Shown: positions 26,361 through 33,579, counted from the first letter of the stretch. The stretch is DNA of 42,072 nt from a virus (IMGVR_UViG_3300022555_000023:72095-114166), one strand, 5' to 3'. Translations and numbers: made by a program. The notes: generated from the letters alone by a model not told the origin.

Positions 26361-27434
26361 TTAAATGACTCCGTCCGGTTTGGGCCGGTTGCATCGCACG
26401 TCGGCCCAAGATTCCTCTTCGGGTGCTTCTTCCATATCAAACGTGATCTCCACGGGATGGGCAACGTAACGCTTGATCATTACGAGCAGGCGGGATGCGA
26501 TGTAGTCTTCGGTTCGCATTTCCACGTCTTCCATCCGGCGACGTTCGTCCTGAAGTCGCTGCAGCATACGGACACAGGTGGCTGATCCCAACCTGAAGTA
26601 ATGGCTGCGTGCCCCACGCAGGCCGATGGACGTCATTTCGCTGATACGCTGCCAGTCGCTACGCGACGGATGCAGGGCGTTGCTGATCTCGTCTGCCATG
26701 ATTGCTGAGAGACGACTGTTGCTGGTTCGGTTGTTATATGATATTGGTCGCACAGGGCGAGCAGGTACTTGTCGACTTGGCACTGTATGATCTCCTTCTG
26801 GTGTACTGTGCTGGGTTACGATATTTTCATGATCTTGCAGGACGGTTGTCTCATCCTCGACAGGCCGTATTGGACGTCTTCGCTGGAAGCGTCGCGTTGA
26901 TGATCCAGGGGTGGATGATCTATTGGTGTCTTCCCTGCCAACAACTGGCGGCTGCTGTCGTCGCCGCTTTGCGGCGGCAACGTACTCGTTGCTTCTGTTT
27001 AGGTGTTCTGTTTCATGGTCGGACAGCTTTTGTCCGATTAACCGGACAAGAGTTGTCCGATTCACTTCGTCACAACCGGCTGTATGATCTGCTGTATGAT
27101 CTGCGGGACGTGTATCATCAACAGCAGCGGTATCTTCTGTGACTGCATTGGTTTCTGCGGTTTCCAACCACGGGAGAAACTCGTATCGTCGCCCCTTGAT
27201 GATCTTGATGATACCGGCATCGATCAGTTCCCTGCGGCGGCGATATTCCTCCCTCGCACACCAACCAAGGGTCTCGGCGGTTTCGCCTGGGCTCATATAG
27301 AACCGGCATGATTTCCAGTGTGCCCGCTGCCTGCAAAACTCGTACAGCAGCATGCCACGCTTGCTGATATGATCCAGGCGGCGGAGGCGGGTAGCCTCAC
27401 GGCTTCGGTATTCTGATTCGTGTAATCTAGCCAT
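26361..27434 (-). CDS. Putative replication initiator-like protein (N-terminal winged helix, low-complexity middle)
   Basis: N-terminal wHTH-like segment, position directly upstream of the helicase, internal repeats. Confidence 0.55.
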   Translation of the reverse strand: MARLHESEYRSREATRLRRLDHISKRGMLLYEFCRQRAHWKSCRFYMSPGETAETLGWCAREEYRRRRELIDAGIIKIIKGRRYEFLPWLETAETNAVTEDTAAVDDTRPADHTADHTAGCDEVNRTTLVRLIGQKLSDHETEHLNRSNEYVAAAKRRRQQPPVVGREDTNRSSTPGSSTRRFQRRRPIRPVEDETTVLQDHENIVTQHSTPEGDHTVPSRQVPARPVRPISYNNRTSNSRLSAIMADEISNALHPSRSDWQRISEMTSIGLRGARSHYFRLGSATCVRMLQRLQDERRRMEDVEMRTEDYIASRLLVMIKRYVAHPVEITFDMEEAPEEESWADVRCNRPKPDGVI

Positions 27435-27436
27435 GC

Positions 27437-27943
27437 CTACAATTCCCCGTTGCGAGAACGCGGACTGACGCGTTTCCGTGTTTTATTTAATTCGACTACC
27501 AGTTCGCTGTAGTATTCACGGTCGGGTAGGAACTCCCACCGACACCCTGTTCTACACATGATGATAAAGCGACGCTCAAGCTCCCAGATGTGGTGTAGAG
27601 TCTCCTGGTGGCTCCATCGAAACCGCTGCATGACGTCCCGATTACGCATCGGGAACCGGCACGTATCTTTGTCCGTGTGATAAAAGCACTCCAGCATGAG
27701 CAGAAGGTCACGCTTGCTAAGATCGTCGAGTAGCTGCTGATCGATGGCTAGAATAAGCCGTCGTGTAGATTCCGAGATAGTACGATGTGGCCCTTGACCG
27801 TCCTGTATGATCGTGTTAGGATGAGGAGTAGGCACTAGCAACCTCCGATTGCTGCAAGCCATGAACAGGCGACCGTCGCGGGTCGCCTGTTCCTCGTTTA
27901 TCGGTATTTCGTTAGCAACTTCCCAACATAGCGAGGTTGCCAC
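27437..27943 (-). CDS. Winged-helix-like protein paralogous to the N-terminus of 26361-27434
   Basis: LDDLSKRDLLL...CRFPM...W...E...ELERRFII..TGCRWEFLP. Confidence 0.6.
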   Translation of the reverse strand: MATSLCWEVANEIPINEEQATRDGRLFMACSNRRLLVPTPHPNTIIQDGQGPHRTISESTRRLILAIDQQLLDDLSKRDLLLMLECFYHTDKDTCRFPMRNRDVMQRFRWSHQETLHHIWELERRFIIMCRTGCRWEFLPDREYYSELVVELNKTRKRVSPRSRNGEL

Positions 27944-28123
27944 CTCCCGTCAACGCGAGGTTATCAAACGCCCGGCCCGCGGCTGCCCACGTCCGCTATG
28001 GGCGGGCGTCGCCGCCGCGGTGTGGCGTCGGATCCGAAGATCCGCCCCTGGCACTATTACTGGCCACCGCAGGCCGAGCTAACGACTAGACACGATGAGC
28101 TTTGCCGTGTCTATTTGTGGTAC

Positions 28124-28247
28124 GGGGCATGCCGCACGCGGCGCGGATGCTGAATAGTTACGCAGGGCGGCGGTCGCTACCGCGCAATGGAGGCGACCGA
28201 CTCGCAGCGTAGCCATTCGCCTGCGGGTTCGATCCCCGTATGCTCCA
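28124..28247 (+). ncRNA. Candidate tRNA-like RNA with an alanine acceptor stem, a T-arm and an extended rod replacing the anticodon arm
   Basis: GGGGCAT/ATGCTCC-A acceptor (G3:U70), GCGGG-TTCGATC-CCCGT T-arm, nested helices. Confidence 0.65.
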
Positions 28248-28259
28248 CATGAGGTGATC

Positions 28260-29201
28260 ATGAACGTTAAAGAAATCCTCGACCGCTTCCGTATTAAGTA
28301 CGTCACGGACGGCAAGAACACGAAGCGAGGCTGCGTAAGCATCCACTGCCCGATGTGTGGCGAAGCCGACCGCAGCGAACACGGTAATATCAGTTTGCGT
28401 GACGGCGGTTACTTCTGCTGGCGTAACAAAAACCACGGCATGAGTTTCCAACGGATCATCTCACTGCTCGCCGGCCACGAGGCGGCCCGCAGTATCGGCG
28501 AAGATGAAGGTCCGCCGCTGGAAGGTTACGAAGCCGCGGTCGCCGCGTTCATGGCCAAGGAGCATCCCGTAAAGAAATCGGTCAAGGTGATCAATTGGCC
28601 GCAGGAAGCCCGCATAATACACCCTGAAGGCGTCACGCGGGACTATTGGGATTACATGCGTTATGACCGCAAGATACCCAACCGCGATATCGCCTGGGCC
28701 TGCGACGAGTATGACCTGAAGTGTGCCGTAACCGGCAAACATGCCAATCGCATCCTGTTCCCGATTCACGACTGGGCCGGAAACATGATCGCGTTCTACG
28801 GCAGGGCGATCACCAAGTCCCGACTGCGGTACAAAGCCGAGCCCGCCGGCCCGCAGCCAAAGTGGGGCATCTTCGGACTGCCGCAGGCCAAACACGGCGG
28901 ACGAAAGCTCATCGTGAACGAAGGCCCGTTCGATGCCCTGAACCTGAACGTCTACGCTCCTCGCGGATGCTACGCGGTATCGGTGCAAACCACATCGATC
29001 ACGCCGCAGCAGAAGGTCATCCTCAACAAGCTGTCGGAGCGTTTCGATGAGGTGGTGATTCTCCTCGACCAGGCGGCGGAGGAGCAGGCTCTGGTCCTGG
29101 CCGGTCAGCTTATCCACGAGAACCGCACGGCTCTGGTTCCGGAACACCGCAAGGATCCCGGCGAGATGAACGCCGCCGAGGCGGCTACCATCTGGAAGTA
29201 G
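28260..29201 (+). CDS. dnaG: DNA primase (Zn-binding domain plus TOPRIM)
   Basis: CPMC...YFCW, RILFPIHD..G.MIAFYGRAI, IVNEGPFDAL, VVILLD. SD GAGGTG. Confidence 0.85.
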   Translation: MNVKEILDRFRIKYVTDGKNTKRGCVSIHCPMCGEADRSEHGNISLRDGGYFCWRNKNHGMSFQRIISLLAGHEAARSIGEDEGPPLEGYEAAVAAFMAKEHPVKKSVKVINWPQEARIIHPEGVTRDYWDYMRYDRKIPNRDIAWACDEYDLKCAVTGKHANRILFPIHDWAGNMIAFYGRAITKSRLRYKAEPAGPQPKWGIFGLPQAKHGGRKLIVNEGPFDALNLNVYAPRGCYAVSVQTTSITPQQKVILNKLSERFDEVVILLDQAAEEQALVLAGQLIHENRTALVPEHRKDPGEMNAAEAATIWK

Positions 29202-29274
29202 AAAAGGCCGACGAGGTGTTTGCCGAGACATCTTCGTTCATGGTAGATGTAGTCCCGGCGTGCAGTCGGCCTAG

Positions 29275-29650
29275 TGGAGGCGGCGGGGATCGAACCCGCG
29301 TCCCGCGACATTTCCGATCAAGCGTCTACGTGTGTAGTCGATCCTATTTGCAAGCTGTCGTCTCGCGATCCCCGGATCAACAGGGTTGTCGTTCGACCAG
29401 CCGGTAGCATTTTTAATCCACGGCGTGACCAGCAGCGACCGTGAACGATCCGAGTTTACAGCCGGCTTTTGAACCTCTCGGATGGGTTCGCAGTCGGCTC
29501 GTGGTTATTAGGCCACGAGGGCGAAGGCCGGAGCCTTCTCGAACTTGTTTTTGGCAAGTAAGTTTTTGGTCGGCTATTAACGTGGCCTGCTGACCAACCA
29601 CGACACGCAACTCAATCTTCTAGCTGCCCGGTCGAATCCAATTCGCCCCC
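29275..29650 (-). ncRNA. ssrA: tmRNA (one-piece); tag peptide (A)AKNKFEKAPAFALVA
   Basis: 5' GGGGGCGAATTGGATTCGAC and 3' GACGCGGGTTCGATCCCCGCCGCCTCCA (G3:U70; CCA not encoded). Tag ORF 29555-29511 ends in TAATAA. Confidence 0.95.
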
Positions 29651-29728
29651 GGTTGCCGACAATCTGCTGCCGTCCCGCACGCTGTCGGCGTTCGTGCGGG
29701 CGACCTAACCTAGCCTGATGGCTACGAG

Positions 29729-29802
29729 TGGCGGAGACAGGATTTGAACCTGCGACCTTGAGATTATGAATCTCATGAGCTACCGGACTGCTCCACTCCG
29801 CG
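29729..29802 (-). tRNA. tRNA-Met (CAT) with an initiator-like body
   Basis: CGCGGAG TGGAGCAGTCCGGTAGCTC A TGAGA TTCATAA TCTCA AGGTC GCAGG TTCAAAT CCTGT CTCCGCC A; anticodon at 29766-29768. Confidence 0.93.
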
Positions 29803-29824
29803 TCATACTTACCAGACTCGGGCA

Positions 29825-29855
29825 CGGGAGTGGAGGTTCATCACCTCCACTCCCG
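29825..29855. repeat. Perfect 12-bp inverted repeat (hairpin) upstream of the tRNA
   Basis: CGGGAGTGGAGG-ttcatca-CCTCCACTCCCG. Confidence 0.7.
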
Positions 29856-29990
29856 CGTTTCTATCCACCACCTCGGTAACATCCCTCGGTGATGCTCCCG
29901 TCCCTATTATTTGAAGCCCAACGTGTACTAAGCACGCGGCTGAACCGCAGCATAGTACACGTTGGGCCTTGTGTCAACGATGACCCTTCG

Positions 29991-30488
29991 TCAGTTATCC
30001 TCGTCTTCGATATCGTCAGCCCGCGGCTTGGGCTCGCTCTTGGCCCGCTGTGCGGCTTCGGTGCGGTCGTGCCGCTGCTGGCGATACTGCTGGGTCACGT
30101 CGCCGCTGGCGAGGCCCAGGTTCAGCATTGCCAGGTCCATGATTTCGTCGGCGGTCGCTGGCGGCGGAAGATCAGCATCGTCGTGACGGATCCACGCGTC
30201 GTAGGGCAGGGCGCAGTAGTTCATGCTGTGGTGCGTGCGACGGTTGATGAGCATGAACTCGATGGGTCGCTCGCCCTCGGAGTCGGGCTTGCACTTGGCT
30301 TCGATCAGCAGTCGGATGATCTCCTCCAGCTTCGTGACGTCGTCGTTCGTGATCTTGGCCCAGCCTCCAGCCTCACTCTTCCGCCGGTGCTGAAGGAATT
30401 CGTCGATCTTCGTGCGTAGTTTTGTGTTCATATATCGTAGACCCAGGCGGGCCGTGCGTTGCTTGGTCGGCAGGCTCAGCACCGTCAA
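29991..30488 (-). CDS. Hypothetical protein
   Basis: 165-aa ORF; start uncertain. Confidence 0.6.
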   Translation of the reverse strand: MTVLSLPTKQRTARLGLRYMNTKLRTKIDEFLQHRRKSEAGGWAKITNDDVTKLEEIIRLLIEAKCKPDSEGERPIEFMLINRRTHHSMNYCALPYDAWIRHDDADLPPPATADEIMDLAMLNLGLASGDVTQQYRQQRHDRTEAAQRAKSEPKPRADDIEDEDN

Positions 30489-30535
30489 CTCGGTTTGACC
30501 CGATTACGCTCGGATGCTGAGCCCACCGTTCAGGA

Positions 30536-31138
30536 TTACAGTTCGCCGACCTCCTCGTCGGTGCGGGTCGGCTTGCTGGTGATGTCGATCACCTGCGGGG
30601 CGGGAGGCAACACCTGCGGGTCGCTCTCCGTACCCAGGGCCGGTGCTTGGCTCGGGGCGGCGACGGGAAGGTTGTGGTCGCGGTGCAGGCCACCCGCGAC
30701 AAAAATACCGTTCTCGCCGCGAAGGCGGGCGAAGCTGCGGGGGAAGACCTTCTTGAACAAGGTCATGGCCTTGACCATCGGCTCGACTCCGTCGAACGTG
30801 CCTCGCTGTACGTCCTCAAAGGCCACGCTCATGAAGTACAGGAACAGATACGTCACCACCGAGAGCTTACCATTGATCTCGATGGCGTTCATTTCCGGGT
30901 TGAAGCGGCTCTCCCCACTGTTGGTCTCGACATCGTCGATGTCGATCATCAGGGCCGGGCCGCTGCCGCCGCAAATGGCGTCGTGAAACTCGCGGAACTT
31001 GGCGATACGCAGGTCGAGGTCGCCCTTCCACGGCTTGCTGCGGGCGAAGTTCTGAGCGGCCTCCAAGAGGTCTTGGCTGAACTCGATGGACTCGTTGACC
31101 AGTTCGGTCGGGGCGGGCATAGGTCGGTTTTCGGGCAT
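30536..31138 (-). CDS. Hypothetical protein
   Basis: 200 aa, SD AAGGAG. Confidence 0.7.
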   Translation of the reverse strand: MPENRPMPAPTELVNESIEFSQDLLEAAQNFARSKPWKGDLDLRIAKFREFHDAICGGSGPALMIDIDDVETNSGESRFNPEMNAIEINGKLSVVTYLFLYFMSVAFEDVQRGTFDGVEPMVKAMTLFKKVFPRSFARLRGENGIFVAGGLHRDHNLPVAAPSQAPALGTESDPQVLPPAPQVIDITSKPTRTDEEVGEL

Positions 31139-31219
31139 GGTGGAACTCCTTAGTTCTTCAGGTTGCTATCATACTGGACACGGTGACCGCCGCGTTGGCG
31201 GTTGTTTTTCCGTTGGGCA

Positions 31220-31239
31220 TATCATGCACTTGACGTGCC
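31220..31239 (-). promoter_or_regulatory. Sigma54-like motif, copy 6
   Basis: GGCACGTCAAGTGCATGATA; its TGA is the stop codon of ORF 31222-31410. Confidence 0.7.
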
Positions 31240-31410
31240 GTTTACTACTTTTTCAGTTTCGTACAACTCGATGGATGACATCAGGATGGTCGGCTGATCG
31301 GCATCGTGCTTGTTCAGAATCGCCAAGACGTCGGCGGCAAATTTCAGGGCTGCCGCGAAGTCTTGCTGGTACGAACACTTGCTGATCAGCTTTCTGGTTA
31401 GGTCATCCAT
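31222..31410 (-). CDS. Small hypothetical protein
   Basis: 62 aa, starts 3 nt after the upstream stop. Confidence 0.55.
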   Translation of the reverse strand: MDDLTRKLISKCSYQQDFAAALKFAADVLAILNKHDADQPTILMSSIELYETEKVVNGTSSA

Positions 31411-31413
31411 AGT

Positions 31414-32040
31414 TTAGCTCAAAAGGGAAAGCTGTACGTTGGGCGTGTTGTAGGTCGGAATGCCCGCCCGCACAAGGGCTTTTTGGGCAGCGGCTGTAGG
31501 TTCTACACCCAGAGCGTTCAGCACGCCCCGCTGCTCTGCCGTAAGGTCGATATCCTCGTCAGCCGCGTGTACGGCGGCGACCGCAAGGCCCAAGCCTCGC
31601 TTCGCGGCACACTCAGGCCCGATGCCCAGCTCGATGCTGGCCGGGGTGGTCAGGCGGCGACCGCAGCAGCCGCACCGTCCTTCGTGGTGCAGGCTGAAAC
31701 CAGCCGCTTCGATCTGCTCGCTGCGGCCTTCCCAAATCGCCTTCATGGTTCGGGCGAACAGCCGCAGGGGGTGGCAGGTCTCGGGCAGGGCCTTCTTGCC
31801 GCGAATGAAAATTCCGGTCGCGGCGTCGAGCATCCCCTGGTACTGATAGTCGTTGGTGTTATCAGGGCCGGTCAGCAGGGCCACGAACCACTTCTCGTTT
31901 GGGTACTGCGGGGTCGGGGCCTTGTGCGTGACCTTGTAGGTATAGTGCGGCTTGGCACTCGCGTTGGCTGCTTGGAAGGCCGGCGAAACCTCAAGGGTGA
32001 AGATGGCCTTGCCGCCGAGGATGAATGTTTTGTCTAGCAT
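31414..32040 (-). CDS. DUF6011-like domain protein
   Basis: HEGRCGCCGRRLTTPASIELGIGPECA. Confidence 0.75.
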   Translation of the reverse strand: MLDKTFILGGKAIFTLEVSPAFQAANASAKPHYTYKVTHKAPTPQYPNEKWFVALLTGPDNTNDYQYQGMLDAATGIFIRGKKALPETCHPLRLFARTMKAIWEGRSEQIEAAGFSLHHEGRCGCCGRRLTTPASIELGIGPECAAKRGLGLAVAAVHAADEDIDLTAEQRGVLNALGVEPTAAAQKALVRAGIPTYNTPNVQLSLLS

Positions 32041-32142
32041 GGTCGTTTCAGGGGTTTGTGGTTTATAGAACCGAGGCGGGTGAACCGTAAGCGTTTATTA
32101 CTATCGGTTAGCCTACCTATTTCAGAAGAATTAACATGCGAA

Positions 32143-32640
32143 TCACGTGCCGGTCTGAATCCGAATTCGGTTTATCTTAGCGTTCGCCCCTCGAATGGCT
32201 GTAGCCGCCTGGTTGTACGCGATGGCGGCTTCCCTTGCCGTAGGAAAACACCCCACGTATTGTAGTAACCCGTTACAGCGAATTTGGGCTAAGTAGTACT
32301 TTCCAAGATGGAGACTTACACCCCTGTACAGTACGGTATGATTCGTTGTCCTTCGGTTAAGCTGCTGATCACTTCGCGTAGCCCACCTTACGTTCTTCAC
32401 CCACTCATTCTCCCGGCACTGGTCGCATTCACCACAGGTGTAGCTACCCTCGTTATCTTCGCGGTCAAGAGTGTAGCCTTCTGGTCGTGGGCCTAGAACC
32501 TGGGTGAACTTAGTAAAATCTTGTAAACCCAAGCAGACCGTAATTCCACGACCACCATAGTTAAAATAGGCTTGGTGGCTTGAATTAAAACAGCGGTACT
32601 TCATGTCCCGCCACGCCGTACCAACTGGATTACGCGACAT
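32143..32640 (-). CDS. HNH homing endonuclease with a C-terminal AP2 DNA-binding domain
   Basis: AWRDMKYRC...YGGRGITVC...TLDREDNEG.Y...NVRWATRSDQQLNRR, then YRGVS...YLAQIRCNG..YVGCFPTAREAAIAYN. Visibly AT-richer than its flanks. Confidence 0.88.
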   Translation of the reverse strand: MSRNPVGTAWRDMKYRCFNSSHQAYFNYGGRGITVCLGLQDFTKFTQVLGPRPEGYTLDREDNEGSYTCGECDQCRENEWVKNVRWATRSDQQLNRRTTNHTVLYRGVSLHLGKYYLAQIRCNGLLQYVGCFPTAREAAIAYNQAATAIRGANAKINRIRIQTGT

Positions 32641-32844
32641 AATATAACTCCGAAATGACGCCAACCCGCCCCACGTTTGACCTCACAAGTCACGCAGGAC
32701 GGGTTGGTTAGTCATGATTCGTTTGTCGGCCAAGTTGTGAGGTCAACCGACTGCCCTTATTCTAGTCGGTTTACCTGCGGCGTCAACGGGACGCCGCACT
32801 TTGGGCCGTCACCCGACTCGGTCGTGTTTGCTTTCTGCCTACCC

Positions 32845-32864
32845 TATCATGCGAAGGCTGTGCC
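32845..32864 (-). promoter_or_regulatory. Sigma54-like motif, copy 7
   Basis: (T)GGCACAGCCTTCGCATGATA. Confidence 0.7.
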
Positions 32865-32968
32865 ATTCGCTGTGAATCCACCGAACTGCTCTTGGGGCCG
32901 CAGGAACCCGTGGGCTCACGCGCGAGTGTTGCCCAGCCATGATTTTCGAGCCAGTTCGGTTTCTGAGG

Positions 32969-33048
32969 TGATCCCTGCGGAATCGAACCGCTGCGGTCTT
33001 ACTCCCGTAAGACCTGACCCGCAGGTTTTACCCCGCGTTCTAAGGACC
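32969..33048 (-). ncRNA. Candidate tRNA-like domain within a ~300-nt structured RNA
   Basis: GGTCCTT/AGGGATC-A acceptor-like stem, GCGG-TTCGATT-CCGC T-arm, 8-bp GGGA-capped hairpin in the anticodon position. Confidence 0.5.
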
Positions 33049-33174
33049 GTTCGCTCCTGCGGCCTCGTGCCCTCGATCTTGGCGTCGGGGGACGGAGCCG
33101 GTATTGCTTGTACTTCGCACCTCGCTTGTCGGGCCTTCACCTCACTCAGGCAAGGGCCGCAGGAACGGTAAGCA

Positions 33175-33194
33175 TATCATGCGAATGCCGTGCC
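33175..33194 (-). promoter_or_regulatory. Sigma54-like motif, copy 8
   Basis: (TT)GGCACGGCATTCGCATGATA. Confidence 0.75.
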
Positions 33195-33222
33195 AATAAA
33201 TCCGAATTCGACGGTCTACGTC

Positions 33223-33579
33223 TCATTGGGTGAAATCTGGCCATTGGGTCGCGGCCCGATGCGACCGTTCGGCCCCTGTTTCAGCCTGGTAGCCCGTTGT
33301 AGGCCCATTGGCTGGCCCAGGAGGAATACATACAAGTCGCAGTTCCAAAGCCTTCAGGATTAGGGCTACGGTGCGGACGCCCAGCGGAGCGTCGAGACGC
33401 AGGGCTGGCGCGGGGCCATAGGGATCGAGGATGTGGCCCACTTCAAACTCGCGTCCGCAGTCCACCTTCAGGCACTCGATCTTCAGGCCCTGCTCCAGCC
33501 ATTCCTTTTTGTCGGGCGTGAGGGTGATCCTCACGCCAGCTTCTTCGCTGCTGAGAATTGTTGGTTCGTTTGCGTTCAT
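33223..33579 (-). CDS. Hypothetical protein
   Basis: 118 aa, ATGA coupling. Confidence 0.55.
   Translation of the reverse strand: MNANEPTILSSEEAGVRITLTPDKKEWLEQGLKIECLKVDCGREFEVGHILDPYGPAPALRLDAPLGVRTVALILKALELRLVCIPPGPANGPTTGYQAETGAERSHRAATQWPDFTQ

Noticed and set aside
28124-28247. Intron-containing tRNA-Phe (bulge CT-GAA-TA) or a piece of a permuted two-piece tmRNA
   Set aside because: The acceptor has Ala rather than Phe identity, U37 and the D-arm are atypical, and no bulge-helix-bulge or group I core is present. The strand order is not permuted. The splicing alternative is still listed in the test.
32916-33140. 74-aa ORF (GTG start)
   Set aside because: It coincides with extensive base-paired structure and a T-loop and has no recognisable protein features, so it was treated as non-coding.
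32870-33170. RNase P, SRP, 6S or a group I intron as the identity of the structured RNA
   Set aside because: The conserved signature sequences of these families were not visible.
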